From an uncultured Verrucomicrobiota bacterium (lineage in GTDB: Bacteria > Verrucomicrobiota > CALLYA01 > CAYNBQ01): a stretch of DNA of 62,141 nucleotides. Within the stretch, counting starts at the first letter, position 1. Every line of letters begins with the position of its first letter. The notes under the pieces were generated by a model. The model made no database searches. It was not told the origin of the DNA and was given only the letters and a program-made list of their open reading frames with translations. Location of the stretch: positions 1-62,141 of the forward strand of contig CAYNBQ010000007.1 in assembly GCA_964395275.1 (NCBI GenBank). Direction: 5' to 3'. The position numbers and the translations under genes are program-made. This document shows positions 1-9,764 of the stretch, piece after piece.

Positions 1-1802
1 ACGCGCGCGCCGCGGATCGGGCGGCCCGCATCGTCCACGACCTTTCCGTAAAGAGGGATCCCGGGCCGAAGCGGCGTTTCCCGGGGCGCGGGAGGATCCG
101 CGGCGGCCCGGAGGCATTCGGAGGTCGTACGGTAGCCGGCGGCCCGGAGGAGAACCTGGTAACCGCCGTCCGGCTTGGCGGGCACCCGGAAGATCCCGTC
201 GTCGTTCTCGACGTCGATCCAGCGGTAGCCGTTGAGAATCTCCCCGGGCGTCGGAAAGGCGTCGCCGCAGAACGCCGGAAACCGGATCTGCACCTGGAAC
301 TGCGGAATCGGACGTCCCGAATCGGCGTCGACCGCCTTCCCGGAGAGCCAACCTTTCAACGCCTCCGGTTGTTCGAGGACGATGTCGAGGTCTTCCGCGT
401 CGTCCGCGCCGAAATCGACTCTTCCCTGGAGGGTTTCCGGGGGCGGGGCGTGAGCGCGCAGCACGCCCGGTCCCTCGGGGACGTGGAGGAGGCGGAACCG
501 GCCTTCCGAGTCGGAGACCGTCGCCGCGACGAGGGGAGGCCCCTCTTCCATGAGAATCCCGCCGACCACGGCGCCCGAAAGAGGTCTTCCGTCCGCCACG
601 ACGCGGCCCGACAGGGTGCGGCCGGGTCCCATGACGAGTTCGATCTCCGCGATCGGATTCTCCGCAGAGAGTTCGACGACCTTCCAGGCGGCGGCATGGT
701 CGCGGTGCTCGGCCGCAAACACCCAGGGGCCCGGGGTGTTCCGTCCCGTCTCGAAGCGTCCCTCGGCGTCGGCCACCGTCCACTCCGTCGCGGTCGCGCT
801 GCCCGTCCGGTAGCGGGACACCCGCGCGAAAGGCACCGGGTTTCCTTCCCGGTCCCGGACGACGCCCCGGACCTGGAATCCGGGGTGGAGGATGATCCGG
901 ATTCGGCCCGTCGAACCGGGAGCGGGCGGGATGATGCGCGTCATCCGGCTGCGGTAATTGATGTGGTGCACCGCCAGGGTCTGCGCCCCGAGCAGCGGAT
1001 CGATTCCTTCGATCCGGAACCGGCCGCGGCCGTCGGTGACGGTTGCGAAATCGTCGAGGACGACCCGGGCCTCGGAGATCGGCTGCCCTTCGGCGTCGAC
1101 CACCACGCCCTCCACCGCCGAACCCGGTTGAAGGCGGATTTCCAGGGATTCCGGGAAATCCGGTTCGGAAGGCCGCCGGTCCGGAAGGGGAAACACGCGC
1201 ACCCAGCGGGCGTGGTTCGGCGATTGGGCGATCACCACCACGGTGCCGTTCAGGCTCCGGGCCACCGATCCCACTTCGAAGGTTCCGTCCGGTCCGCTCC
1301 GCGCCGTGCGGCCGAGGACGTATCCGCGCAGGTAGATCCGGGCGTCGGGGACGGGATCGCCGGTGGAAGCGTCGACGACGCGGCCGCGGAAGGAGACGAA
1401 GGGGTTCCGCTCCGTTTCGACGCAGGCGCGCTCGATCGTCCGGCGCAGCAGGGCGGATTCCCCGAGGGTCTCGACCGAGGAACGCATCAGGGAGAAGAAA
1501 TCGTCGAACCGGGGATCCCGATCGGTCAGCTCCCGATAGACGTCGACGATCTCTTTCGACAACCTCCGGTCGGCGACCCATCGGCGGTAGTCGGCGAGGG
1601 AATCGCCGGGGGAAACGTCAAGAAACCATCGGGCCCCCTGGATTTCCTCCGGTTGCGGGGCCCTTCCGAGGGCCTGCAGACACATCGAATGCAGCGCCAC
1701 CTCGATGAAACGCGTGTCCGGGGCCGAGATTTCCGCCGGCTTGATGTCAGCCGTGCCGATGTCCCCCAGAACCAGGGTGAAGGCAAGGATGGTGCCGACC
1801 AT
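1..1802 (-). CDS. Protein with tandem carboxypeptidase-regulatory-like (CarboxypepD_reg-type) beta-sandwich repeats. The 5' end is in the window and the C-terminus runs off the left edge.
   Basis: Absent from the ORF track because there is no stop inside the window. My reverse-strand translation from ATG at 1802 (GAGGGGAG 6 nt upstream) stays open to position 1: MVGTILAFTLVLG...FRGRVVDASTGDPVPDARIYLRG...GPDGTFEV. It has repeated units of the form G.VVD..G.P..GA.V...TD..GRF.L. The listed + ORF 369..1853 is its antisense shadow. Confidence 0.7.
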   Translation of the reverse strand, partial: MVGTILAFTLVLGDIGTADIKPAEISAPDTRFIEVALHSMCLQALGRAPQPEEIQGARWFLDVSPGDSLADYRRWVADRRLSKEIVDVYRELTDRDPRFDDFFSLMRSSVETLGESALLRRTIERACVETERNPFVSFRGRVVDASTGDPVPDARIYLRGYVLGRTARSGPDGTFEVGSVARSLNGTVVVIAQSPNHARWVRVFPLPDRRPSEPDFPESLEIRLQPGSAVEGVVVDAEGQPISEARVVLDDFATVTDGRGRFRIEGIDPLLGAQTLAVHHINYRSRMTRIIPPAPGSTGRIRIILHPGFQVRGVVRDREGNPVPFARVSRYRTGSATATEWTVADAEGRFETGRNTPGPWVFAAEHRDHAAAWKVVELSAENPIAEIELVMGPGRTLSGRVVADGRPLSGAVVGGILMEEGPPLVAATVSDSEGRFRLLHVPEGPGVLRAHAPPPETLQGRVDFGADDAEDLDIVLEQPEALKGWLSGKAVDADSGRPIPQFQVQIRFPAFCGDAFPTPGEILNGYRWIDVENDDGIFRVPAKPDGGYQVLLRAAGYRTTSECLRAAADPPAPRETPLRPGIPLYGKVVDDAGRPIRGAR

Positions 1803-1919
1803 GTTTTTCTCCCCTCTGCCGTCCGGCGAAGACAGGAACCGTGCGGAGATTAGCCCGGCCGGGCGCCGAAGGTCGAGGATCCTCCTCCGCCGCGCCGCGG
1901 GGGGGCGGCGGGTTTGCCC

Positions 1920-4550
1920 TCAGGTCCCGCGGCCGCCGGCGGGGAGGGTCGACAACCGCAGGGTCGCGATCTCCCATGGATCGAGACGGAACCGCACGGC
2001 TCCCCCGGGGACGAGTTCGGGCGGGGAACCGCGGTCAAGGCGTTTTCCGTTCAGGTCCGTCTTGCGCACGGCGGTGGCGGGATCCGGCAGCCGAAGCTCT
2101 CCGCGGGCGCCTCGGCCGCTTGCGTCGAAAAGCCGGACGACGACGGCGCGGCCCTCCCGGCGGCAGGCGGAGACCACGGCGTCCGAGCTCTCCAGGGAAA
2201 GGACGCGAACCGGGTCGGGCAGTCCCGTTCCTTCCGGGCTCCATCCGCCGCCCGTCGCCCGAACCGGGTTCCGGAACGACCGGGCCCGGCGGATCAGGGT
2301 TTCCCAGCGGGGCCGGCGCCCGTGGAATCGGAGCAGGCTGCGGAAATCCTGCGGACCCTTCCCCTCCCGGAGGCGGGTGGAGAACTTTTCCCAGTCTTCC
2401 TCCGGATGGCGGATCACCTTCAGCAGGATGTGTCCGAACCGGCGGGATCGCTTTTCGAAGAAATACCCGTGGGAACCCGGCGGTCCGAAGAGGGTGATTC
2501 CGCCCCCCTTGCCGAGGGCCGTCGAGAAGGACCATCCCCAGTAGGTTCCCGGGCGGAGCCGCTCTTCCGGTTCGACGGGTTCGACGGAGAGGTCCCGGGG
2601 TTCGACGCCCCACGGGTTGTCGGCGAAAAGTTCGGGATCGAAAGGCAGTTGCCAGCCGAGCCGGAAGAATCCGTCGCCTCCCCGGGAATCGATCCGGGTT
2701 TCGATCTCGATTTCCGGTTCGCGGGGCGTGAAATGCAGTTGCATCCGGAAGGGGTGCGGCCCGACGCGTCCGCGGGTTTCGAGGGTGAAGCGGTCGATCC
2801 GCCGGGTGCGGACATCCGCGGGGCGGAAGACGCGCACGACGGGGCCGAAGTGGTACGGCCCGGTGTCGCGGATCTCGTGGAAGGTGAGTTCGAAGAGCCT
2901 TCCTTCCAGGCGGTTCCGGGAACGGGATCCCGCGGGGACGAGGGACACCGGACGGCCCGATCGGAACGAGATCTCGTGTCCGCCCAGGCGGATCGTTCCG
3001 TCGCGGATTTCCTCGCTTCTCGTGCTCGGCCATTGCCCGGCGGAGACCGCGCGGAGCGAATCGGGTCCCGGGACCCTTCGCCCGCCGCTCGATTCCAGGA
3101 TCCGCAGGGCGTCGACGCCGGCTTCCCGGATCCGGACGCGGATCCGCAGATCGGTTTCCTTCAGCGTTCCGTCGGGGTAGAGGCGCAGGTTCCGCGCGTA
3201 GACCGGCAGATGCGCCCCGTTGCGATCGACCGCCGCCAGGGAACGGGTGCCGCGCAGGGGACAGACGTGGTGGACGTGGATCCATTCGGGCCGTTCCCAG
3301 GGGAGGTCGGAACGGATCGTCACGATGCAGCGGTCGTAGGCTCCCCGGGCGGGGACGAGGCCCCGTTCCGCGTCTTCGAGGATCCGGCGGCTCTCGAGCC
3401 GCACGAAATCGACCTCGCGGAGCAACTCCGCGTAATCCTCTTCGAAGAGCCAGAGCACCGCGTGCGGGGACGTCTTGAGCAGGCGCAACCAGAGTTCCTC
3501 GAAGGAACGCGCGAAACGGGTCGCAGCCCGGGCCGGAAGCGCCGCGACCCAGGTTTCCGCGCGGGTGAGTTCGGCATCGGCCAGGACCCGCAGCGTGCGC
3601 AGGCTGCGGTTGCCGATCTGTCCGAACCAGTAGCTCCATCCGACGGGGTCGATGACGCCTTCGTGCCGGGGCAGGGTGTCCCGGTGGGTTTCCAGATCGC
3701 GGTAGAAGGTCTGGAGGGTGCCGAACCGGATCCGGCTCGTCTCGCGGCGGTTCCATTCCTCGACGAGTTCGTGCAGCGCGACGGGGCGGTCGTGGATGTC
3801 CCGCAGGGGCAGGGAATCGTCGCATCCGAAGCTGACGCACAGCACGGGGGGCTGGGACGGGCCCACCTGATCGACGACCCCGCCGCGGGTGATGCGGGCG
3901 AAGAACTCCTCCCAGCATTGCGCGGGGTGATCGGGGATCTCGCCGGTGTGATAGAGAACGCCGTAATGTCCGCGGCTGGTGAGGATCTCCGAACCGTCGA
4001 GTCCCTTCCAGACGAAGGCGGTGGGAACCCCCTTGACGTTGAGGGTGTGTTCCGGCCGGTAGGCCCGGTAGGCCCGGTATCCGGCGAGCAGGGCGAGCTG
4101 GGGGGTCTGGGCGTGGCCGAAGGCGACGTCGTTGAACGCCAGCACGGAAAGATCGACGCCGGGGAAGAGTTTCCGGAAGATCCGCCGCCCCATGACGAGG
4201 TTGCGGACGTAGCTTTCCCCGCCGATCCGGTCGGAGTGGGGGTTGCACACGGTGCCGCCGGCCACGGCGATCCGCCCTTCGGCGACGCGCCGGCGGAGTT
4301 CCGGCATGAGATCCGGCCTTCGCCGGGCGAAGGGTTCGAGTTGTTCGTTCCACGTGTCGATGTAGAAGGTCAGCTCAGGATCGGTGCGCATCCGCTCGAG
4401 CGTCTGGACAAGGGCCTCGGTGTAGCGTTCCTCGTGCCATTGACGCGTGCAGGTCCACGCCCAGTCCGCATGGGAATAGGGGACGAGGTGAATCACGGCC
4501 CCGCGGAGCCTTTTCCGTGCGGCGGAGAGCCGGGGTGTCCGGGTTTTCAT
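1920..4550 (-). CDS. Glycoside hydrolase family 38 (alpha-mannosidase-like), apparently cytoplasmic
   Basis: 876-aa ORF. The N-terminal VIHLVPYSHADWAWT matches the GH38 H-x-D-x-x-W block, followed by a long beta-rich C-terminal region. No signal peptide. Confidence 0.75.
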   Translation of the reverse strand: MKTRTPRLSAARKRLRGAVIHLVPYSHADWAWTCTRQWHEERYTEALVQTLERMRTDPELTFYIDTWNEQLEPFARRRPDLMPELRRRVAEGRIAVAGGTVCNPHSDRIGGESYVRNLVMGRRIFRKLFPGVDLSVLAFNDVAFGHAQTPQLALLAGYRAYRAYRPEHTLNVKGVPTAFVWKGLDGSEILTSRGHYGVLYHTGEIPDHPAQCWEEFFARITRGGVVDQVGPSQPPVLCVSFGCDDSLPLRDIHDRPVALHELVEEWNRRETSRIRFGTLQTFYRDLETHRDTLPRHEGVIDPVGWSYWFGQIGNRSLRTLRVLADAELTRAETWVAALPARAATRFARSFEELWLRLLKTSPHAVLWLFEEDYAELLREVDFVRLESRRILEDAERGLVPARGAYDRCIVTIRSDLPWERPEWIHVHHVCPLRGTRSLAAVDRNGAHLPVYARNLRLYPDGTLKETDLRIRVRIREAGVDALRILESSGGRRVPGPDSLRAVSAGQWPSTRSEEIRDGTIRLGGHEISFRSGRPVSLVPAGSRSRNRLEGRLFELTFHEIRDTGPYHFGPVVRVFRPADVRTRRIDRFTLETRGRVGPHPFRMQLHFTPREPEIEIETRIDSRGGDGFFRLGWQLPFDPELFADNPWGVEPRDLSVEPVEPEERLRPGTYWGWSFSTALGKGGGITLFGPPGSHGYFFEKRSRRFGHILLKVIRHPEEDWEKFSTRLREGKGPQDFRSLLRFHGRRPRWETLIRRARSFRNPVRATGGGWSPEGTGLPDPVRVLSLESSDAVVSACRREGRAVVVRLFDASGRGARGELRLPDPATAVRKTDLNGKRLDRGSPPELVPGGAVRFRLDPWEIATLRLSTLPAGGRGT

Positions 4551-4738
4551 GGGCCATGGACGATAGCCGCGGCGATCCCGGTCGTCCAGAAGGAGTTGCT
4601 TCCGGAACGCCGCCGGCCTGCGGAAACGGCGAAAGGGGATCGTGGGATCCGCCCGGATCTTGCGATAGAATGCCGGGGTCGACCGGGCCGCCGGACCGCG
4701 TCCCGGCGGGGGCCGATTTTCGGGAAAGCGGGGAGACG

Positions 4739-6148
4739 ATGAAGAGAAAGCCGGCGTTCTTCGTTCTGGCGGCGGGAGTCGGAATCGGTTGCGCCGCGCT
4801 TGCGGAGGAATCGGCGATGGGAACGGCCGGCACGACGGGGTACCGCGGCATCTGGCATAGCGACCAGCCCACAGGCGACGAGTACGTGTACAAGTACAGC
4901 GGGGGGCTCGGGACCTACTGCGCGAAACACATCCCGATGGCGATTCACGTCCCGGCCGCGCGAAAGACCTTCTTCGTCTACGGGGGGCTCGCGGAGGGTT
5001 CGGACCGGTTGCAGGAGATGATCGGGTGCTACGACCACCGCACCGGCCGGGTGAGCCGCCCGACGCGGCTGATGGACAAGGGGACCCGCGACGCCCACGA
5101 CAACCCCGTGATCTCGATCGACCACGACGGCCGGATCTGGGTCTTCGCCTCGTCGCACGGCACGGCCAGGCCGTCGTACGTCTTCCGCAGCCGCCGTCCC
5201 TACGACATCGCCTCCTTCGACCGGATCCTGGAAACGAATTTCTCCTACCCGCAGCCGTGGTACATCGACGGGGAGGGATTTCTCTTTCTTCACACCCTCT
5301 ACGCGGGGGGACGCGCGCTGCACTGGTCGACGAGCAGGGACGGCGTGTCGTGGACGCCGCCTCGCCTCCTTTCGCGGATCGAGGCGGGCCATTACCAGGT
5401 GAGCCGGCGGCGGGGACGCGGGGTGGGAACCGCGTTCAACGTTCATCCCGACGGTCTGGGGCTGAATTTCCGGACGAACCTCTATTATCTCCAGACCGAC
5501 GACATGGGACGGACCTGGCGGACGGCGGACGGCCGGGCGGTCCCGACGCCGCTGCGGACGCGGGAAGATGCGGCCGCGGCCCTCGTTCACGACTACGACG
5601 CGGAAGGACGGAAGGTCTACCTCAAGGATCTCGCCTTCGACGCCGAAGGTCGTCCGGCCATTCTTCACCTGGTGAGTTTCGGATGGGAACCGGGACCGGA
5701 GAACGGCCCCCGGGAATGGAGGATCGCCCGCTGGACCGGATCCGAATGGACCCTGGAGACGGTGACCCGCTCGGACAACAACTACGACACGGGATGCCTC
5801 TTCATCGAACCCGACGGCGTCTGGCGCGTTTTCGGCCCGACGGAACCCGGGCCGCAACGGGGCAATCCGGGGGGCGAGGTGGCGATCTGGATCCGTCGCG
5901 AGGGAGGGACGGGTTGGGCCAGGCTGCGGGAGGTGACCCGGAAGAGCCCGATGAACCACACGTACGTCCGCAGGGTCGTCGACGCGGCGCCCGACTTCTA
6001 CGTCTTCTGGGCCGACGGCAACCCGCGGGAACCTTCGGAATCCCGGCTCTACTTCTCCGACCGGGAGGGGGATCGGGTCTTCCGGTTGCCCGACCGGATG
6101 ACGGAGGAATGGGCGGAACCGATCCCGGTCGGCGGGCGGCGGGAATGA
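4739..6148 (+). CDS. Secreted BNR_4-like (sialidase-fold) protein of unknown function
   Basis: ORF 4517..6148 trimmed to ATG 4739 (GGGGAG RBS upstream). This gives the signal peptide MKRKPAFFVLAAGVGIGCAALA. Motifs YVYKYSGGLGTYCAKH, FFVYGG and HWSTSRDGVSWT recall the BNR_4 family (recalled, not searched). Confidence 0.6.
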   Translation: MKRKPAFFVLAAGVGIGCAALAEESAMGTAGTTGYRGIWHSDQPTGDEYVYKYSGGLGTYCAKHIPMAIHVPAARKTFFVYGGLAEGSDRLQEMIGCYDHRTGRVSRPTRLMDKGTRDAHDNPVISIDHDGRIWVFASSHGTARPSYVFRSRRPYDIASFDRILETNFSYPQPWYIDGEGFLFLHTLYAGGRALHWSTSRDGVSWTPPRLLSRIEAGHYQVSRRRGRGVGTAFNVHPDGLGLNFRTNLYYLQTDDMGRTWRTADGRAVPTPLRTREDAAAALVHDYDAEGRKVYLKDLAFDAEGRPAILHLVSFGWEPGPENGPREWRIARWTGSEWTLETVTRSDNNYDTGCLFIEPDGVWRVFGPTEPGPQRGNPGGEVAIWIRREGGTGWARLREVTRKSPMNHTYVRRVVDAAPDFYVFWADGNPREPSESRLYFSDREGDRVFRLPDRMTEEWAEPIPVGGRRE

Positions 6149-6248
6149 TCCGCCCGGGACGGAGCGGCGGCCCCGGGACTTGCGCCCCGGCATGCGAGGG
6201 GGTTTCATTTCGCGGGCCTTCCCGGCCGCAGGGGGGACATCCGTGAGT

Positions 6249-8279
6249 ATGGACCGGCAAACGAAGAACGTCGTCATCGCCGTCGTGGTCCTGGCCGTAG
6301 TGATTCGATTGATCTTTCTGGGGGTGAGTCTGGCGAACCTTCCCGCCACGGGCGACGAATGCATTTCGGGCCTGCTGGCGAAGCATATCGCCCACGGGCG
6401 ATTCCCGCTGTTGTTCATGGCGCAGCCCTACCAGTTTCCGATCGACTCCTATCTGCTGGCGCCGCTGGCGCGGATCATGCCGCGCAACGCCTTCGGAATC
6501 CGCTACGAGACGTTCCTGCTGGGATTCCTCGGGGTTCTGGGCGGATGGCTGATTCTCCGGTCGATCGGTCCGCTGCGGGAGACCTGGCCCGGAGTGCTCC
6601 TGATCCTGTTCCCCTCGGCGTATGTCCTCCTGATTCAGGCGGCCTACGCCTTGCCGCAGCATGCGTTCCTGGGCGTGTTCTGGTCGTTGGCCGTCTGGTT
6701 CGCGTTCCTGACGAGGGGGAGGTCGCGGAGAACGGTCCTGGCGCTGTCGTTTTTCACCGGCTTGATCAGCGGATTGGGCTACAGCACTCATCTCCTCTCG
6801 GTGTCCGTGCTGGCGGCGGCCGTGCTTTTCCTTCTGCTCGACGGAGGCTGGCGAGGGCTTCCGGTGCGGATCGCCGGTACGGCGTCGGGATTGGTTCTCG
6901 GCCTGATTCCGTACCTGGCCGTTCGGGCGCTTTACCCGAATGCCTACATGGAGGTGGTGCGCCGGCGCAGTCCCGCGCAGGCGCTGCTCTACGCCTGGGA
7001 TCCCCTGATTCCGACGACGCTGCCGGGGACGATGGGGATCACGCCGATCTGTTTTCCCGATCTCGGCGAGGTGAAATCCCTCTGGCCGGCCCTGGGCCCG
7101 CCGTTCGGTTTCCTGGTGGTCGGGTTGCTGGCGGTCGCCGCGGTCCTGGCGTCGGTTTCCTTCGTGCGGCGGACGATCCGGCGGAAATGGCCGTCGCTCG
7201 ATCCCTACGACGTCTTCATCCTCGCCTCGTGGATGGGGTTGGCGCTCTTCGCTCTCAGCTACCGTTCGCGACACGACACCTACCGGTATCTGCTGCCGGT
7301 GGCCTGGTCGTTTCCCTTCGTGATCGCCTTCCTTTACGGAAAGGCGCGCGGAGGGATCCGAACGATGGTGGGGGGATTCGCCGTGCTCCTGGCGGGGTTC
7401 AACGTGGCGACCGCCGTGATGCTGATCCATGTGTGGAGCCGGCCGGATTTCGCCAGGACCCAGGCCGATACGCCGGAAATCCGCTCCGCGCTGGAGTATC
7501 TCGAGGATTCCGGGATCCGCAGCGCCTTCGCATCGTACTGGACCGCGTACCGGATCGATTATCTCACCGACGAGGCGATTCTCTGCGCCCAGCCCTACAA
7601 CGAACGATTCTCCTTCTGGCCCTTGCCCTACTTCGACGAGGTCCACGCCGACCGTGACGCCGTGTACGTGCTCAACGAGATCGACCGCTTCCGCATTTCG
7701 CGGTTCGAACGGGATCTCGCCGAGATGGGCGTGACGAGCCGCAGGACGATGCGCGGCGATTACGCGATCTACGAGGATTTCCGGTTCGAACGGGACGGCC
7801 GGGAAGAACGGATCCCGCCGGGCGAGTTCGACGTCGTCACGAGCCACAACCCCTCCGCCGCCGCCGCGCTGCACGACGGCGACCGGTCTACGAAGTGGAA
7901 GAGCGCCGCGCCGCAGCAGGAGGGGATGTGGATCGAGATCCGGTTCCCCGGGCCTTGCGACGTGAACCGCGTGTCGCTGATCTACCATCACTATCCCTAC
8001 GACCAGGCGGGCGCCCTGCGGTTGCTTCGCCGCAGCGGCGGCGCGTGGGAACCCGTGCTCGACCGCGTTCCCGCGAAGCTGGATCCCTTTGAATTCGAGA
8101 ACGGGCATCCCCTCTACGGAGAACGGCTGCAGACCCTGCGCTTCGAGCCGGTCCGGACCGACGCCCTGCGTCTGGAGATCGCGGAATGCGATCCGAACCC
8201 GAGGAAGAACTGGTCCGTTACGGAGATCGAGGTGTATCGGGAGGCTCGGAAGGGGGAAAACGGGAGCGGAAAGGATTGA
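6249..8279 (+). CDS. GT-C fold membrane glycosyltransferase (PMT_2/ArnT-like) fused to a C-terminal F5/8 type C (discoidin) domain
   Basis: ORF 6180..8279 trimmed to ATG 6249. It has about 10-12 hydrophobic helices and a first-loop GDE motif as in GT39/GT83 enzymes. The C-terminal HDGDRSTKWKS...MWIEIRF...VNRVSLIY...LRLEI matches the discoidin pattern. Confidence 0.7.
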   Translation: MDRQTKNVVIAVVVLAVVIRLIFLGVSLANLPATGDECISGLLAKHIAHGRFPLLFMAQPYQFPIDSYLLAPLARIMPRNAFGIRYETFLLGFLGVLGGWLILRSIGPLRETWPGVLLILFPSAYVLLIQAAYALPQHAFLGVFWSLAVWFAFLTRGRSRRTVLALSFFTGLISGLGYSTHLLSVSVLAAAVLFLLLDGGWRGLPVRIAGTASGLVLGLIPYLAVRALYPNAYMEVVRRRSPAQALLYAWDPLIPTTLPGTMGITPICFPDLGEVKSLWPALGPPFGFLVVGLLAVAAVLASVSFVRRTIRRKWPSLDPYDVFILASWMGLALFALSYRSRHDTYRYLLPVAWSFPFVIAFLYGKARGGIRTMVGGFAVLLAGFNVATAVMLIHVWSRPDFARTQADTPEIRSALEYLEDSGIRSAFASYWTAYRIDYLTDEAILCAQPYNERFSFWPLPYFDEVHADRDAVYVLNEIDRFRISRFERDLAEMGVTSRRTMRGDYAIYEDFRFERDGREERIPPGEFDVVTSHNPSAAAALHDGDRSTKWKSAAPQQEGMWIEIRFPGPCDVNRVSLIYHHYPYDQAGALRLLRRSGGAWEPVLDRVPAKLDPFEFENGHPLYGERLQTLRFEPVRTDALRLEIAECDPNPRKNWSVTEIEVYREARKGENGSGKD

Positions 8280-8375
8280 GGCTTGACTTCCGGTCCGATC
8301 CCGGCTGAAATGATTGTTACGGGACGGGGGACGGCGGAGTCCTTCCCGGATCCCGGCGGGAAGGGGGGATGGAAG

Positions 8376-9143
8376 ATGAAGAGAAGACACGGCTGGATCC
8401 GCATCATCCTGGGAACGCTCCTGGCGGCGTCGATCCCGGAAGGCATCGTCGAGGGGGAGTACGTGGAGGAGTCCTGGGACGATCCCGGCTCGATGAACCA
8501 CAACTGGAGCTATTACGACACCGACGCGCCCGCGCCGCACGACGTGGCGATGAACTGGGAGGCCGCGGGCGGGGTCGGCGGCGGCGGGTACGTCTGGACG
8601 TCGCTGAACCTTCTGGATACGGCGCATGATCTGCAGGTCTACTGGCCCGCGTATCTCTATCGGACCATCGCGGACGATCAGGAGATCGACCTGACGGTTC
8701 CGGACGCCGCCGTGAAGGTCTACGCCCGCGACGTCGGGACCGGCGCGCAACTCGATCTGAAGGGCGGTCAGCTCGTCTTCTTCATCGGGCAGTACGTGGT
8801 CAACAACCCCGACGATCCGAACGACGATCAGCAGAGCTTCTTCTACAACCTGACGCCACTGACGATCGGCGTCGGCGACTGGGGCGTCGAGAACACGATC
8901 CCCGTCGGAGACGATTCGAACTGGGGGGTGATCGTGAACGACGACCCCTCGGTTTCCCCCAGCGATCTCTTCTATCACCCGGAGCAGTTCGGGTTCGCCA
9001 TCTATCCGGCGGCGTCGACCCCGACCGGGTCGCTCGGGATCGATTCGTTCCGGATCGTTCCGGAGCCGGGGAGCGCGGCCCTGATCCTCTTCGGGGCGCT
9101 GATGCTGGGACTGCGCCGGCGTTCACGCGGCGACGGGTGTTGA
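8376..9143 (+). CDS. PEP-CTERM sorting-domain protein (exosortase cargo)
   Basis: ORF trimmed to ATG 8376 (AAGGGGGGA RBS). It has an N-terminal signal-like segment. The C-terminus VPEPGSAALILFGALMLGLRRRSRG is a PEP motif, a TM helix and an Arg cluster. Confidence 0.85.
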   Translation: MKRRHGWIRIILGTLLAASIPEGIVEGEYVEESWDDPGSMNHNWSYYDTDAPAPHDVAMNWEAAGGVGGGGYVWTSLNLLDTAHDLQVYWPAYLYRTIADDQEIDLTVPDAAVKVYARDVGTGAQLDLKGGQLVFFIGQYVVNNPDDPNDDQQSFFYNLTPLTIGVGDWGVENTIPVGDDSNWGVIVNDDPSVSPSDLFYHPEQFGFAIYPAASTPTGSLGIDSFRIVPEPGSAALILFGALMLGLRRRSRGDGC

Positions 9144-9541
9144 CGCCCGCCGTGGATGCGATCGAGGTGGTGGCGGGCATCGTCCGGGACGGCGCGGGGC
9201 GTCTGCTGATCACGCGCCGGCCCGACGGGGGCCACCTCGCCGGGCTGTGGGAGTTTCCCGGGGGGAAGAAGCGCGCCGGGGAAAGCGACGGCGCGGCCCT
9301 GCGGCGGGAGCTGCAGGAAGAATTGGGGGTGACCGTCGATCCGGGCCGCGTCCTGCTGACCACCGACCATGCCTACACCGACCGGCGGGTGCGGATCGCC
9401 TTTCTCGAGGCGCGGATCGTGGCGGGGGATCCCGTTGCGCTGGAGGTTGCGGATTTCCGGTGGGTTTCCGTGGGGGAACTGACCCGGTACGAGTTTCCCG
9501 AGGCGGATCGCGAGATGATCCGGCGGTTGTCGGATCCGTAA
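9137..9541 (+). CDS. mutT: Nudix hydrolase (MutT/8-oxo-dGTP diphosphatase-like)
   Basis: Nudix box GGKKRAGESDGAALRRELQEELGV (GX5EX7REUXEEXGU). GTG start overlaps the preceding stop by 7 nt. Confidence 0.8.
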   Translation: MLTPAVDAIEVVAGIVRDGAGRLLITRRPDGGHLAGLWEFPGGKKRAGESDGAALRRELQEELGVTVDPGRVLLTTDHAYTDRRVRIAFLEARIVAGDPVALEVADFRWVSVGELTRYEFPEADREMIRRLSDP

Positions 9542-9591
9542 TCCGCGGACCCGGCGGGCGCACGCGGGGCCGTCGGCCGTCTTTTCCTGCG

Positions 9592-9646
9592 ATTCCCGGG
9601 GAAAGGGTTTTTCCCGGGAATCCGCCTTCCCGTTTTCCCGGGAAAC
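9592..9646. promoter_or_regulatory. Three copies of the palindromic core TTCCCGGGAA between mutT and the TAXI-TRAP operon. The first two form a 13-bp hairpin.
   Basis: The sequence attcccggggaaa-gggt-ttttcccgggaat (9592..9621) pairs over 13 bp with one G-U pair. A third perfect palindrome, TTTCCCGGGAAA, lies at about 9634..9645. Confidence 0.45.
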
Positions 9647-9764
9647 CCTGATCCTCGATCTTCGTGCGCGGTTCGGCTAGACTCTTGCGGCCGTATCGGC
9701 CCGCGGGCGGAGGAAGAGGATGCGCGTCGCGGGCCGGCGGATACGGCGGGAGGAGATCCATCCG

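Noticed and set aside
369-1853. 494-aa + strand ORF covering the left end of the window
   Set aside because: The composition is Arg/Gly/Asp/Pro-rich with no recognisable motifs. The opposite strand translates into a clean CarboxypepD_reg-repeat protein with an RBS and ATG at 1802, so this is an antisense shadow.
1914-4742. 942-aa + ORF and 772-aa minus ORF (2035..4353) overlapping the GH38 gene
   Set aside because: Both are low-complexity R/P/G/A-rich translations. The 1920..4550 minus frame carries the GH38 motifs and has normal amino-acid composition.
5802-8978. 1058-aa minus-strand ORF
   Set aside because: It is antisense to three well-supported + strand genes (BNR_4-like, GT-C and PEP-CTERM). 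It is extremely Arg/Pro/Gly-rich.
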